DNA of 64,000 bases from an uncultured Nitrospiraceae bacterium (lineage in GTDB: Bacteria; Nitrospirota; Nitrospiria; Nitrospirales; Nitrospiraceae), in NCBI GenBank assembly GCA_963730935.1, contig CAVSTP010000002.1, forward strand, positions 384,001 to 448,000, read 5' to 3'. The notes beneath the pieces were generated by a model. It worked only from the letters and a program-made list of their open reading frames with translations, was not told where the DNA came from and ran no database searches. This document shows positions 50,282 to 62,963 of the stretch, one piece after another (position 1 is the stretch's first letter; the number at the start of each line of letters is the position of its first letter). A program made the position numbers and the translations under genes.

Positions 50282-51302
50282 CCGGTGGTGCAGTTGAACG
50301 AACGGGGTGCACCACCATTGCTTGCTGCCGGTAGATGGCGAGCGCGTGGCGGAGCGCCTCTTCGCCTTCAGGAGCCTGTCCGATCGCCTGATGGAGCGAT
50401 GCCAGTAACGCCCATGCCGCGGCCTCGCCAGAAACGTCACGCAGGGATTGATAGAGAGTGACCGCGCGTTTTGCGGACTCGATGCCTTGTTCCTCGCGCC
50501 TTGTCGCGCCGCTCAGGGCGGCCAGACGAATGCGCAGTCTCGCCTCGATGGCGACTTCAGGCCGTTGCTCGAGGAGCACGACTGATTGCTGATAATGGGC
50601 CCATGCGGCCTCGGTCCGATCCAGGATCCAGTCGGCGTCACCAAGTGCCACCAATGCCGCGAGGGTCTGATCCTGGTCTCGCCTTGAGCGTGCATCATCG
50701 AGCACCTGCTGGAGTTCCACGAGACCACGGTCCGGCGACCCATCGCTGACTATCAACAGACCCGATTGAATCCTCACCGCTCCGAGAGCCTGAACATTCT
50801 GTGAACGGCGGTATCGCTCCTTCGCCCGCTCAAACAGCCCTGCAGCCTCCTCGCGATCACCCAACCAGAGGGAGATTCTTCCGGACAGGAACAAGGCCTC
50901 GGCGTGAACCGGAGAGTCAGGGGTTTTGGAAAACAGCGTCAACGCGTGACGAACCTGGACGGCGGCCTCTTGCCTTCTGCCTTGCCGCTCGAAAATCGAC
51001 GCGATCTTCGTCAGGGCGACGGCTTGGCCCTTGCGCTGCTTCTGTGCGCGAAAGGATGCAAGGGCCTGGTCATAATAGGTGAGTGCTTCCGGAAAATGGT
51101 TCTGCACGTCATGGATTTCACCGATCCTCACCAGCTCATCGCCGCTCAAGGTTCGAGCGGAGACCGGGAGGCCCGACGGCGGTGCGGCTGGAGCGATATT
51201 CGGCAACAGCATGACAGCCATGAGCAGGCAGCACAGGACCAAGGATCCGCCTCCGATCGCAGATGGAGCGAAGAGAATACCGGCCGGCCGTCTGACGGTC
51301 AA
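50256..51302 (-). CDS. TPR repeat protein
   Basis: Repeating A..Y..AL TPR helices; start codon uncertain. Confidence 0.75.
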   Translation of the reverse strand: MTVRRPAGILFAPSAIGGGSLVLCCLLMAVMLLPNIAPAAPPSGLPVSARTLSGDELVRIGEIHDVQNHFPEALTYYDQALASFRAQKQRKGQAVALTKIASIFERQGRRQEAAVQVRHALTLFSKTPDSPVHAEALFLSGRISLWLGDREEAAGLFERAKERYRRSQNVQALGAVRIQSGLLIVSDGSPDRGLVELQQVLDDARSRRDQDQTLAALVALGDADWILDRTEAAWAHYQQSVVLLEQRPEVAIEARLRIRLAALSGATRREEQGIESAKRAVTLYQSLRDVSGEAAAWALLASLHQAIGQAPEGEEALRHALAIYRQQAMVVHPVRSTAPPATAPMGSR

Positions 51303-51330
51303 ACTGTCGGAGCTGGGCGTATGGCGAACG

Positions 51331-51744
51331 CTAGGATTTGTGGGCGCGCTGCGCGAGCTTCATGCGGAGGCGGGCTTTCTCTAGGCTGATTTCTGCTTCT
51401 TTGACATCAGACGGCAAACCGCCGGCCTTTAGCCGCTGCTCGGCCTTGGCCACGGCGGCTTGTGCGCGCTCGACGTCAATGTCTTCGGCCTTTTCAGCGA
51501 CTTCGGCCATGACGGTGACTTTATTGGGAGTGACTTCGGCATAGCCCCAGAGGATGGCCATGTGATTCGTGCGGTCGCCGACGCGGTAGCGGAGCTCGCC
51601 GATGCGCAAGGTGGAAAGGAAGTGGCAATGACCGGGCAATACGCCGAACTCACCCTCGGAGCCCGGGGCGATGACTTCATCCACTTCCTGACTCAGGAGC
51701 TGCTTCTCCGGCGTCACGACTTCCAATAAGATTTTCCCAGGCAT
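51331..51744 (-). CDS. atpC: ATP synthase F1 epsilon
   Basis: EVVTPE and GEFGVLPGH. Confidence 0.96.
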   Translation of the reverse strand: MPGKILLEVVTPEKQLLSQEVDEVIAPGSEGEFGVLPGHCHFLSTLRIGELRYRVGDRTNHMAILWGYAEVTPNKVTVMAEVAEKAEDIDVERAQAAVAKAEQRLKAGGLPSDVKEAEISLEKARLRMKLAQRAHKS

Positions 51745-51769
51745 TTCGCGTTTGACTCCCCGGTCGGGT

Positions 51770-53236
<1,467 letters not shown>

Positions 53237-53286
53237 CTACTCGTTTGGTTCGAGCCTGTGGCGTCCGAGCTGCAGACCTGCGCAAA

Positions 53287-54165
53287 TCATTTCAACGCTT
53301 CGGCACCGCCGACGATGTCCATCAGTTCCTTGGTAATAGCCGCCTGCCTCGTCTTGTTGTAATACAGCGTGACTTTCTTGATCAGCTGGCCGGCATTGCG
53401 CGTGGCCCCGTCCATCGCGGCCATCCGCGCCCCGTGTTCAGCCGCCGCAGATTCCAGCAGCATGCGGTAGGCCTGCACTTGAAAATGCTTGGGAACCAGG
53501 GCATTCAGCAGCTCCGATTCCTCAGGCTCGTAGAGGTAACTTCCGCCTGTCGTGCCCTCTGCTTCCATCACGCCGAATCCGGTCTGGACATCCACCGGAA
53601 AGAGCTTTTCGACGATCACGCGTTGCTGAATGGCGGACTTGAATTCGTTGTACACCACGTAAAGCTCATCGAAGGTGCCCTTCACAAAATTGTCCGTGAG
53701 ATCACCGCCGATATCGATGGCGTGCTCAAAACTCAATTTGTCGAACACCCCGGTCCATTCCTGCCTGATCGCCCAGGACCGGCGTCGAAAATAGTCGCGG
53801 CCCTTCCGGCCGACGATGCTGAGAGCGACGTGGAGCCCGCGCCCCTCACATTGCCGGAGAAATTCCGAAGTTCGTCGGACGATGTTGCCGTTAAAGCCGC
53901 CGCAGAGGCCGCGGTCGCTCGTCACGACCAAGACTTCGATCTTTCGCCCCTCGCGCTTTTGCAACAGCGGATGGACGAAGCGGTTGACGCGCTGACTCAA
54001 GTTGCCGAGTACGCCGCGCATTTTGTGCGCATACGGTCGGGCAGCCAGGATACGGTCCTGTGACCGCTTGAGCTTGGCCGCCGCCACCATTTTCATCGCC
54101 TTCGTGATCTTCTGCGTATTCTTGAAGGCAGCGATCTTCCGTCTGAGGGATTGCAGGCTTGGCAT
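53287..54165 (-). CDS. atpG: ATP synthase F1 gamma
   Basis: KITKAMKMVAA, DRGLCG and RQAAITKE. Confidence 0.98.
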   Translation of the reverse strand: MPSLQSLRRKIAAFKNTQKITKAMKMVAAAKLKRSQDRILAARPYAHKMRGVLGNLSQRVNRFVHPLLQKREGRKIEVLVVTSDRGLCGGFNGNIVRRTSEFLRQCEGRGLHVALSIVGRKGRDYFRRRSWAIRQEWTGVFDKLSFEHAIDIGGDLTDNFVKGTFDELYVVYNEFKSAIQQRVIVEKLFPVDVQTGFGVMEAEGTTGGSYLYEPEESELLNALVPKHFQVQAYRMLLESAAAEHGARMAAMDGATRNAGQLIKKVTLYYNKTRQAAITKELMDIVGGAEALK

Positions 54166-54182
54166 CGGTCGAGCGCTTCCGG

Positions 54183-55700
54183 CTATTTGGTCCCGTAGCC
54201 CATCTTCTGCTTGAACGCCGTAATAATCTCATTGATCCGGTCTCTGACCTTGTCGTCGATTTTCGAGATGCTCACGAGCTCCTTCTTCAGATCCGGGTGA
54301 TGCTGCTGGACATACCGGAGAAAGTCCGCCTCGAATTGCTGGACCTGGTCCACGGGAACGTCGTCCAGGAAGCCGTTGACTCCCGCAAAAATGGACAGCA
54401 CCTGATCGGCCACCGGCATCGGCTTGTACTGACCCTGCTTCAGCAACTCGACCATGCGCACGCCGCGCGCGAGCTGCTTCTGCGTCGCCTTGTCCAATTC
54501 GCTGCCGAACTGCGAGAAGGCCGCCATCTCACGGTATTGTGCGAGATCGAGGCGCAGCGTGCCGGCCACCTGCTTCATCGTCTTGATTTGAGCGGATCCA
54601 CCAACGCGCGATACGGACAGGCCGACATTGATCGCCGGGCGAATGCCTGAATAGAAGAGATCGCTGCCGAGATAGATCTGACCATCGGTGATCGAAATGA
54701 CGTTTGTCGGAATGTACGCCGACACGTCGCCTGCCTGCGTTTCAATGATCGGGAGGGCTGTCAAGCTGCCGCCGCCGAGCTTGTCGCTGAGTTTCGCGGC
54801 GCGTTCGAGCAACCGGGAGTGCAGATAAAACACGTCTCCGGGATAGGCTTCCCGGCCGGGCGGCCGCCGCAGGAGCAACGAGAGCTGCCGGTAGGCGACC
54901 GCATGCTTGGAGAGATCGTCATAGACGATCAAGGCATGTTTACCGTTATCCCGGAAATACTCGCCGATTGCCGCACCGGCGAAGGGAGCCAAGAACTGCA
55001 TCGGAGCGGCATCGCTGGCCGTTGCCGCCACGACCATGCTGTAGTCCATGGCATGGTGCTCTTCAAGGGTCTTGACCACACGCGCGACCGTCGAGCGTTT
55101 TTGCCCGACCGCCACATAGATACAGAAGACGCCGAGGCCTTTTTGATTGATGATCGTATCGACGGCGATGGCCGTCTTGCCTGTTTGCCGATCGCCGATG
55201 ATCAATTCCCGCTGGCCGCGGCCGATCGGAATCATGCCGTCGATCGCCTTGATACCGGTCTGCAGCGGTTCACGGACCGATTGCCGGGTAATGACGCCGG
55301 GAGCAACGACCTCAATGCGCGAAGAGAGTTGCGACTTGATGGGCCCCTTCCCATCGATCGGCTGTCCGATCGCATTTACGACCCGGCCCACGAGCGCCTC
55401 GCCGACGGGAATTTCGGCAATGCGACCGGTGCGCTTGACCGGATCGCCTTCCTTGATTCCAACGTCGTCGCCCATCAACACGACGCCCACGTTGTCCTCA
55501 TCGAGGTTGAGCGCGATGCCGTAGAGGCCACCCGGAAATTCGAGCATTTCGCCGGCCATGGCGCCATCGAGTCCATAGACCTTGGCAATGCCGTCTCCAA
55601 CCTGGATCACCGAGCCGGTTTCCTTGACATCGACCTGCTTGTCGAAGCCTTTGATCTTCTCTTTGATGATCGAGCTAATTTCTTCAGCCTTGATCTGCAT
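54183..55700 (-). CDS. atpA: ATP synthase F1 alpha
   Basis: GDRQTGKT and PGREAYPGD. Confidence 0.99.
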   Translation of the reverse strand: MQIKAEEISSIIKEKIKGFDKQVDVKETGSVIQVGDGIAKVYGLDGAMAGEMLEFPGGLYGIALNLDEDNVGVVLMGDDVGIKEGDPVKRTGRIAEIPVGEALVGRVVNAIGQPIDGKGPIKSQLSSRIEVVAPGVITRQSVREPLQTGIKAIDGMIPIGRGQRELIIGDRQTGKTAIAVDTIINQKGLGVFCIYVAVGQKRSTVARVVKTLEEHHAMDYSMVVAATASDAAPMQFLAPFAGAAIGEYFRDNGKHALIVYDDLSKHAVAYRQLSLLLRRPPGREAYPGDVFYLHSRLLERAAKLSDKLGGGSLTALPIIETQAGDVSAYIPTNVISITDGQIYLGSDLFYSGIRPAINVGLSVSRVGGSAQIKTMKQVAGTLRLDLAQYREMAAFSQFGSELDKATQKQLARGVRMVELLKQGQYKPMPVADQVLSIFAGVNGFLDDVPVDQVQQFEADFLRYVQQHHPDLKKELVSISKIDDKVRDRINEIITAFKQKMGYGTK

Positions 55701-55792
55701 GGCGACTCCTTAGCTTCTCAGGATCGTGAGAGCACGTGCCGTGTGGGGCTCGCGTGCCTGACCTTCATATCCTGCTCGAATGGTCTGTGGCC

Positions 55793-56332
55793 TCACTCAC
55801 GCGTCAGCAGCGCCTGCATGGCGTTCAAACGCCCGCGGACGGTGCTATCCACGACCATACTGCCAATATGGATTTCCAAGCCGGCGAGGTGGGCCGCATC
55901 GGTCCGGAAAGTGACATCGACCTCTCGCTTCAACGTCTCGCGCAGGCGTGTTTTGATGCGATCTTGTTCGGCTGCCGGCAAGGTCCCGGCTGACGACACG
56001 GTCACTTGCTGTGTGCCTTTGGACCGGTCGACCAGCCTAGCGAACGCGTCGGCAATGTCGGGTAGAAATCTGACACGGTTTTTCTTGACCAGTTGCCCGA
56101 GAAACGCCTTCACGGCCGGCGGACCTGTAAAACGGCCGGCAAGCCCGGTCAGCACGGCGATCTTATCTTCAACGCCGAACGCCGGCGAAGCGATGACATG
56201 CCGAAGGGACGACGAGTCCTTGATAGCCTGAGCCAGGCCGTTGAGGGTACCCCGCGTCGCTTCGATGTTCGATTGATCGAGAAGCTCGAAGAGCGCTTGA
56301 GCGTAACGTCGCGCAACTGCCGTCTTTATCAC
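55793..56332 (-). CDS. atpH: ATP synthase F1 delta
   Basis: ARRYAQAL and VVDSTV. Confidence 0.95.
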   Translation of the reverse strand: MIKTAVARRYAQALFELLDQSNIEATRGTLNGLAQAIKDSSSLRHVIASPAFGVEDKIAVLTGLAGRFTGPPAVKAFLGQLVKKNRVRFLPDIADAFARLVDRSKGTQQVTVSSAGTLPAAEQDRIKTRLRETLKREVDVTFRTDAAHLAGLEIHIGSMVVDSTVRGRLNAMQALLTRE

Positions 56333-56459
56333 TGTTCTGATCCACTCATAGGAAATTTAGGGCAAACGAGATGCTTCCGTGCGGGCGCACGAAAATCGGC
56401 GCGCAAACGTAGCATTGGGTGGTGGGAAGTGTCAATACAGACGGGCGGAAGCGGCGGTC

Positions 56460-57542
56460 TTAGGCGGGTTGGATGATACCACCGCCAACCACGTGGTCAC
56501 CGCGGTACAGCACCGCGGACTGCCCGGGACTGAGCGCGCGTTGTGGTAAGTAGAAATGAACAAGCAATGTGTCGTCGTCGAGGGGTTCAACCCTGGCCGG
56601 CGTGGCTGGAGTGGCATACCGCACTTTCACCGCGAGCTCGGTGGTCGTGCTGAGCAGGCTGCCGTCGAAGAGATTGAGGTCTTTCACGAGGCAAGAGGAA
56701 CTGAGCAGGCCCTCTTCTGGACCGAGCACGACCGTGTTGGTCGACGGCTGCACACGCTGCACATACAGCCGCTGACCGGCGGCGATGCCGAGTCCGCGCC
56801 GTTGACCGGGCGTGTAAAAGGCAATGCCGTCGTGCCGGCCTATCTCTCGTCCCTGCTCGTCGACGAACAAGCCGGGATTCTTCGCCGAGGGCATTTCCGA
56901 TTCGAGAAAGGTCCGGTAATCGCCGTGACTCACAAAACAGATTTCCTGGCTTTCTTTCAGTTCGTCCACCGGCAGTCCAAGCACCTCCGCCTCCGCCCAT
57001 ACCTGGGCCTTCTGCATCGCGCCGACGGGAAAGCGCAGCCGCGGCAGCCAGTCGGGCCGGATGCGATACAAAAAATAGCTCTGATCCTTTTTCTCGTCGG
57101 CTGAGCGGCGGAGAACGAACGCTCCCTGCGATTCGTGAATCTGCACGTAATGGCCGGTCGCTACGCAGGGGATTCCCCACTGATCAGCAAGGGCGACAAG
57201 CCCTCGGAGTTTGACACGTTCGTTGCAGCGTATGCAGGGATTCGGCGTGGTCCCGTCGGCATAGCCCCGGAGAAAATCATCGATCACGGCCTCCCGAAAG
57301 AGGCGACGCTGATCGACGACTTCATAAGGAATCTTCAGACGCTGCGCCACATATTTGGCAATACCAATCTTGCAGCAGCCGCGCTCTTGCCACTTTTTAG
57401 AGGCGGCGACTTCCTCGTCCTCATGTTCCCACACTTGAAGCGTGACGCCGCGGACATCGTAGCCCTCGCGGACGAGGAGGGCTGCCGCCACAGAACTGTC
57501 CACACCGCCGCTCATGCCGAGCAGGACCGTAGGCTTCTTCAT
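56460..57542 (-). CDS. mnmA: tRNA 2-thiouridylase
   Basis: SGGVDS, TPNPCIRCN, KDQSYFL, ESQEICF and PGQ. Confidence 0.96.
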   Translation of the reverse strand: MKKPTVLLGMSGGVDSSVAAALLVREGYDVRGVTLQVWEHEDEEVAASKKWQERGCCKIGIAKYVAQRLKIPYEVVDQRRLFREAVIDDFLRGYADGTTPNPCIRCNERVKLRGLVALADQWGIPCVATGHYVQIHESQGAFVLRRSADEKKDQSYFLYRIRPDWLPRLRFPVGAMQKAQVWAEAEVLGLPVDELKESQEICFVSHGDYRTFLESEMPSAKNPGLFVDEQGREIGRHDGIAFYTPGQRRGLGIAAGQRLYVQRVQPSTNTVVLGPEEGLLSSSCLVKDLNLFDGSLLSTTTELAVKVRYATPATPARVEPLDDDTLLVHFYLPQRALSPGQSAVLYRGDHVVGGGIIQPA

Positions 57543-57616
57543 AGGCGGGTATTGTACTGGCGGGAGGTGGAAAGGGCCAGAGGGTAGTCACTCAGGATGG
57601 CCAGGCGTTGGGGAGG

Positions 57617-58018
57617 CTAGGATGCCAGCGAAACGGGTGTTTGCTCAGACCACGCGCGAACACCCATGTCACACATACCATGGAAGTGCGATCCCTCTTC
57701 GATCGCGATCGACGGCGTTCGAATATCGCCGACCAGGACTCCGGGTTTCAGGATCTGAATCTTTTCGACGGCGGTGATGGTGCCGTTGATTTTCCCGCTG
57801 TTCATGAGCACACCGGCGGAAACGATGCCCTTGATAATTGCGTGCTCTCCAACGATCAACGTGCCGGTGGTGTGGATCTCTCCTTCAACGCGGCCGTCAA
57901 CTCGCACAGTCCCGTCAAAGTTGACCACGCCTTTGAAATCGACATCCTTCGCGAGCAGCGTAAAATTTTCGAAATCGGGCTCCGTCGACTGTTCGTGCTG
58001 TTCCTTCCGTGCCCACAT
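57617..58018 (-). CDS. Bactofilin
   Basis: FKG...VRVDGRVEGEI...IEEGSHFHG.C.M. Confidence 0.9.
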   Translation of the reverse strand: MWARKEQHEQSTEPDFENFTLLAKDVDFKGVVNFDGTVRVDGRVEGEIHTTGTLIVGEHAIIKGIVSAGVLMNSGKINGTITAVEKIQILKPGVLVGDIRTPSIAIEEGSHFHGMCDMGVRAWSEQTPVSLAS

Positions 58019-58061
58019 GGTGTGTCCCCCCTCCGCTAGTTACGTATTAACACCTGAGTAT

Positions 58062-58538
58062 TTATCCAGCCAATTTGACCCCAGCCGATGGCGTCATGGC
58101 GACAGGATGCAGCGTCGCTCCTTCACGGACCCCGTGAGTCATCTCCAGACCGCCGTTGAACAAGACACCGTCTTCGATCGAGAGCATCGGCGTCTTCATG
58201 CTTCCGTTGAACACGGCGGGAGCCCGTAATTTCACCCGGTCCTTGGCGGCAATGTCACCCGTGATTTTGCCCTTGCACACGATGGTTCCCGCGGTCACCT
58301 TCGCTTGAATCACGGCCTCATCTCCAATCAGGAGGACTCCATCGGTATGGATTTCGCCGTCGAGGAACCCATCAATCCTTACGGTGCCGCTGTAGGAGAT
58401 CACGCCTTTAAACTCCACTCCCTTTCCGACGAAGGCGATAATGTCATCGGCGCCGTCGGGGGTCGGCGCTGCAGACGGGGCTCCTTCTTCCGTTGTCCCT
58501 TCACTGGCCCGTTTTGTGTCCTGCTTCTCCCCCCACAT
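58062..58538 (-). CDS. Bactofilin
   Basis: GKGVEFKG...RIDGFLDGEI...IEDGVLFNG; GGAGG RBS before ATG 58538. Confidence 0.9.
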   Translation of the reverse strand: MWGEKQDTKRASEGTTEEGAPSAAPTPDGADDIIAFVGKGVEFKGVISYSGTVRIDGFLDGEIHTDGVLLIGDEAVIQAKVTAGTIVCKGKITGDIAAKDRVKLRAPAVFNGSMKTPMLSIEDGVLFNGGLEMTHGVREGATLHPVAMTPSAGVKLAG

Positions 58539-58629
58539 GAGCAACCCTCCCAGATGTCTTGTGATGACTGCGACTGTTCGCACGAGAGTCTAGTCGTACG
58601 AACAAACACTGCCACTGGTTGCACGTTTT

Positions 58630-58645
58630 AGCAACAAATATGCCG
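58630..58645 (-). promoter_or_regulatory. Sigma54-type promoter of the bactofilin pair
   Basis: Minus strand CGGCAT-ATTTG-TTGCT between parB and the first bactofilin. Confidence 0.55.
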
Positions 58646-58684
58646 TTTATTTCACGAGCGACGAACGAGGTACTTAGAGGAGAA

Positions 58685-59533
58685 CTACTGAAGCAGTTGC
58701 TCGAGAATACCGTCGAGCTCGGCGGGCGAAAAATAATGGATGATCACCTTGCCCCCGCGTTTGCCGGTGAGCACAGAAACTTTCGTTCCGAGGCGTTTTT
58801 GTAAACGCTCTTCCACATCCAGCAGCGGAGATCGACGCAGCTCTTTTGTGCTGCGTTTTCTGACGATTAGGCTGGAGGCAATAAGTTTTTCTGTCTCACG
58901 CACGGAGAGATTTCGAGCGACGACTAGGTGCGCTACGCGTAGCTGTTCAGTGGCACTTGCTAGCCCCAAAATGACTTTCGCATGGCCGGCGGATAACTGA
59001 TCGCTTTCGATCAATTGCTGGACCTCGATCGGAAGATGAAGAAGACGGACCATATTCGCAATGGAAGACCGCTCGCACCCGACGCGTTGCGCAATTATGT
59101 CCTGCGTGAGTCCAAATTCGTTCATCATGCGCTGATACGCGCGGGCCATTTCCATCGGATTGAGGTCTTCGCGTTGAAGATTCTCCACAAGTGCGAGTAG
59201 GATTGATTCTTCATCACTACAGTTCCTGACGACGGCTTGAATGGTCTCCATCCCGGCCTCTCTAGCCGCTCGCCAGCGACGTTCTCCCGAGATCAACTCA
59301 TATATGCCATCGCCTTTGCGCCTCACCAGCACCGGTTGTAGTAATCCGCTTTGCTTTAAGGATGCGGCCAGTTCCGCCAATTCCTGAGGCGAAAATGTTT
59401 GCCGGGGCTGATATCGATTCGGAACTATGGCTTCGATGCGCAGATGCTGAACCTCCGGCAACTCCGGCATCGGCGCCGGCTTTGTCGTCGGCAATAACGC
59501 GTCGAGTCCTCTACCCAGAGCTCTTTTCTCCAT
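58685..59533 (-). CDS. parB: Chromosome partitioning protein ParB
   Basis: LGRGL, QPR, GERRWRA and ENLQREDL. Confidence 0.97.
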   Translation of the reverse strand: MEKRALGRGLDALLPTTKPAPMPELPEVQHLRIEAIVPNRYQPRQTFSPQELAELAASLKQSGLLQPVLVRRKGDGIYELISGERRWRAAREAGMETIQAVVRNCSDEESILLALVENLQREDLNPMEMARAYQRMMNEFGLTQDIIAQRVGCERSSIANMVRLLHLPIEVQQLIESDQLSAGHAKVILGLASATEQLRVAHLVVARNLSVRETEKLIASSLIVRKRSTKELRRSPLLDVEERLQKRLGTKVSVLTGKRGGKVIIHYFSPAELDGILEQLLQ

Positions 59534-60287
59534 GACTGAGGAACTCCTTTGCTAGAGAGAGATAGGCCTGCGCTCCGGCCGAGGCCATGTTGTATAGAAG
59601 GACCGGCCGACCATAACTTGGCGCTTCCGCAAGCGTCACGTTCCGCGGGATCGTCGTCTGGTAAACCAGTTCTTTGAAGTGCCCACGCACTTGATCGGCA
59701 ACTTGGCGCGCCAAAGTATTCCTGACGTCGTACATTGTCAACACGATGCCTTCGATCGTAAGGCTAGGATTGAACGATTGCTGTATCCGCTCGATGCTTC
59801 CAATGAGGCGGCTCAAACCTTCCATCGCATAGTATTCACATTGCACAGGAATGAGGACTGATCGGGCAGCCACTAACGCATTGACAGTCAAAATGCCAAG
59901 TGCCGGGGGGCAGTCAATGAAAATGACATCAAAAAGAGATTCTAATCCCTTGATAAAATTGCGTGAAACCTTTTCCCGCTCTTCGATGTTTACCAATTCG
60001 ATTTCCGCGCCGGCCAAATCGGAGTTCGCAGGCAGCAGGGATAATCCGCTCACTTCTGTCTTTTGAACCGCTTCATCAAAGTTTACGAAATTAATCAAGC
60101 AGTTATACACTGTCTTTCCGAGGGATCTGGGGTCAATGCCCAACCCACTCGTGGCATTTCCCTGCGGATCCATGTCCACCAGCAACACACGTTTACCCTG
60201 CAACGCAAGACCGGCGGCGAGATTCACCGCTGTCGTGGTCTTACCCACTCCCCCCTTCTGGTTTGCGACAGCGACGATCATGGCCAT
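59511..60287 (-). CDS. parA: Chromosome partitioning ATPase ParA/Soj
   Basis: NQKGGVGKTT, DPQGNA, DCPP and EAPSYG. Confidence 0.97.
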   Translation of the reverse strand: MAMIVAVANQKGGVGKTTTAVNLAAGLALQGKRVLLVDMDPQGNATSGLGIDPRSLGKTVYNCLINFVNFDEAVQKTEVSGLSLLPANSDLAGAEIELVNIEEREKVSRNFIKGLESLFDVIFIDCPPALGILTVNALVAARSVLIPVQCEYYAMEGLSRLIGSIERIQQSFNPSLTIEGIVLTMYDVRNTLARQVADQVRGHFKELVYQTTIPRNVTLAEAPSYGRPVLLYNMASAGAQAYLSLAKEFLSHGEKSSG

Positions 60288-60314
60288 GAGATTATGGAAC
60301 TCCTTAAGAGGAAA

Positions 60315-60330
60315 TGTTCCACGTGGAACA
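60315..60330. promoter_or_regulatory. parS site
   Basis: Perfect palindrome TGTTCCACGTGGAACA. Confidence 0.92.
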
Positions 60331-60339
60331 TCGCTACCG

Positions 60340-60999
60340 TTAGACGGAAGGTGCCTTAGCCAACACCGTCACCACGCGGCTACCGTGATTCCTGGGCAGT
60401 ACAAAATCATGGTTGGATTCCACTCGGAATGCCTGCGAAGGCCAATCGTCTACCCTCGCGGTCCGAAACAGTAAGATGTGTCCTGTCGGCTTCAAGATAA
60501 ACGCCGCTGGCTCTACAATCTCATCGAATCGCAGGGCGCGCAGCACAATCACATCCGCGAGAACATGCGGTTTTTGGGCTGCATATTGTTTCAGCTCTCC
60601 CGGATATATGGACACCTGTTCCAGCTTCAGTGCCCCGACAATGGAGTGGAGAAACGAACACTTCTTCTGTGATGGTTCGATCAATAGCAAGCGGAGGTCA
60701 CTCTGAACGATCTTTACAGGGATTCCTGGAAACCCAGCCCCACTTCCGACATCCACCACGAGGCTGTGGGGTGGAAATTTGTATGCCTTCAACGCTGTCA
60801 GCGAATCCACGAAGTGCTTGCTGATGATTTCGAATGGATCCGTGATGCTCGTGAGATTGATCGTTTTGTTCCACGCAAGCAACTGGGACAGATAAACGAG
60901 AAATTCCCCGGTCTGCCGTCCGGTGAGACTGATCCCGATCCCATTGGTGGAAGTAACAAGGAACTCGCGCAGGGCACGCTCATGTTCCACGTGGAACAA
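60340..60999 (-). CDS. rsmG: 16S rRNA m7G527 methyltransferase
   Basis: WNKTINLT, HFVDSL and DVGSGAGFPG; exact start uncertain. Confidence 0.93.
   Translation of the reverse strand: MFHVEHERALREFLVTSTNGIGISLTGRQTGEFLVYLSQLLAWNKTINLTSITDPFEIISKHFVDSLTALKAYKFPPHSLVVDVGSGAGFPGIPVKIVQSDLRLLLIEPSQKKCSFLHSIVGALKLEQVSIYPGELKQYAAQKPHVLADVIVLRALRFDEIVEPAAFILKPTGHILLFRTARVDDWPSQAFRVESNHDFVLPRNHGSRVVTVLAKAPSV
60983..60998. promoter_or_regulatory. parS site
   Basis: Perfect palindrome TGTTCCACGTGGAACA at the rsmG 5' end. Confidence 0.92.
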
Positions 61000-61032
61000 T
61001 TACGTGAAATGATAAAAGAGGTCAAGGGCTGA

Positions 61033-62952
61033 TTATCCCGGAACCGATTCAGACTCAACTGCGGCTGGAACCGCTTCGGCTGCTGGGGACTTCCTTCTGT
61101 GCTTTTCGAGGGCGACGAGCAACACAGAGATGGCTGCAGGAGTAACGCCGGAAATCCTTGAAGCCTGACCCACGGAGGCAGGTCGGACCCTTCTCAGCTT
61201 TTCACGGACTTCATTCGAGAATCCCCTCACATGGTCGTAGGAAAATTCGGCGGGAATGCCCCGAGCTTCGAGCTGCTTGAAGCGATTAACTTGTTGCAGC
61301 TGGCGTTTGATGTACCCAGAATACTTAATTTGGATTTCAACTTCTTCAATAATTTCATTGTCTTGAGATCTGTCTAGCTCCAGGCAGTCCATCAAAGCCT
61401 CGTACGTCACACCCTGCCGTCTCAAGAGGTGCGCAGTCGAGCAAGGACCTGCAATGTCGTCGATGTTTGCCGCGGTCAGGCGCCGGCGCACTTCCTCGGT
61501 GAGGCGCGGCCTCATGCCTTCGAGTCTCTGGATCTCATCGTCAATTTGACGGCGCTTTAGACAAAACTTCGTGTAGACGTTGTCAGGTATCAATCCAATC
61601 TGACGTGCGGTTTCGGTCAACCGCAGATCTGCATTGCCATGGCGCAACAGAAGTCGATATTCAGCTCGGGAGGTAAACATTCGATAGGGTTCTCGAGCAT
61701 CTTTGGTGATGAGATCATCGATGAGCACGCCAATGTAGGCTTCCGAGCGATCGAGAATCAGTGGCGGCTTGTTCCGCAACTTGAGGACCGCATTGATGCC
61801 TGCCATCAGACCCTGGGCTGCCGCTTCCTCGTAGCCGGATGTCCCGTTGATCTGCCCTGCATGGTAGAGCCCTTCCACGAGCTTGGTTTCCAATGTCGGG
61901 TGTAATTGCCGAGGAGGAAAATAGTCGTACTCAATGGCATAACCGGGCTTCAGCATGCGAGCCTGTTCCAGACCAGGTATCGTTTGTAGAATGGCCGCTT
62001 GGACATCGACGGGCAGACTCGTTGAAATCCCGTTCGGGTAATACTCCGGCGTCTCCAGGCCTTCCGGCTCCACAAAAATCTGATGCCGTGACTTCTCGGC
62101 GAAGCGAACAACTTTGTCCTCGATCGAAGGACAATAGCGAGGACCTACGGATTCGATCACCCCGCTGTACAGCGGCGATCGGTCAAGATTGTTTCGGATG
62201 ATGTCATGCGTCTTCTCATTCGTATAGGTCAAATGGCAGTCCCGCTGCGGGGTGTGGATCCGGTCCGTGCGATAGGAAAAGGGCGGTGGTGGGTCGTCGC
62301 CCGGCTGTGGCGTCATCACGGAGAAATCGATCGTGTCTCGATCCAACCGAGGTGGAGTGCCCGTTTTCAACCGTCCGACTTCAAATCCCAACTCTCTCAT
62401 GCAGTCCGACAAATGTTCAGCCGACACTTCTCCGGCGCGGCCGGCAGGAAAATGATTGAGGCCGATGTGGATTAAACCCTTAAGGAAAGTGCCTGATGTC
62501 AGGATCACGGCCCTGGCCGCAATGGACTGGCCCCCGTCGGTGACCACTCCGCCGATCGTTCCCCCTGTCACGAGCAGGCGATCGACCGTACCTTCGCCCA
62601 TCGTGAGTCCGGTCTGACGCTCCAACGTTTCCCGCATCACCTGCCGATACAACGCCTTGTCGCACTGCGCCCGCAGGGCGCGAACCGCAGGTCCCTTGCT
62701 CGTGTTGATAAAACGGAATTGAATGCCGGCCCGATCGGTGTTGACGGCCATTTCTCCGCCTAGGGCATCGATCTCCTTGACCAGATGACCTTTGGCAATA
62801 CCGCCGATCGCCGGATTGCAAGACATCTGTGCGACACGGGCAGGATCCATCGTCAAGAGGAGCGTCGTTGCGCCCATCCGGGCGGCCGCCAACGCTGCTT
62901 CGCAGCCCGCATGCCCCCCGCCGACGACGATAACGTCAAACGCTTGCGACAC
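61033..62952 (-). CDS. mnmG: tRNA modification enzyme MnmG (GidA)
   Basis: [29 protein letters not shown] and [12 protein letters not shown]. Confidence 0.98.
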   Translation of the reverse strand: MSQAFDVIVVGGGHAGCEAALAAARMGATTLLLTMDPARVAQMSCNPAIGGIAKGHLVKEIDALGGEMAVNTDRAGIQFRFINTSKGPAVRALRAQCDKALYRQVMRETLERQTGLTMGEGTVDRLLVTGGTIGGVVTDGGQSIAARAVILTSGTFLKGLIHIGLNHFPAGRAGEVSAEHLSDCMRELGFEVGRLKTGTPPRLDRDTIDFSVMTPQPGDDPPPPFSYRTDRIHTPQRDCHLTYTNEKTHDIIRNNLDRSPLYSGVIESVGPRYCPSIEDKVVRFAEKSRHQIFVEPEGLETPEYYPNGISTSLPVDVQAAILQTIPGLEQARMLKPGYAIEYDYFPPRQLHPTLETKLVEGLYHAGQINGTSGYEEAAAQGLMAGINAVLKLRNKPPLILDRSEAYIGVLIDDLITKDAREPYRMFTSRAEYRLLLRHGNADLRLTETARQIGLIPDNVYTKFCLKRRQIDDEIQRLEGMRPRLTEEVRRRLTAANIDDIAGPCSTAHLLRRQGVTYEALMDCLELDRSQDNEIIEEVEIQIKYSGYIKRQLQQVNRFKQLEARGIPAEFSYDHVRGFSNEVREKLRRVRPASVGQASRISGVTPAAISVLLVALEKHRRKSPAAEAVPAAVESESVPG

Positions 62953-62963
62953 GGTGTGATTCC

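Noticed and set aside
60867..60882. Third parS site
   Set aside because: Only a half-site (TGTTCCACG) matches
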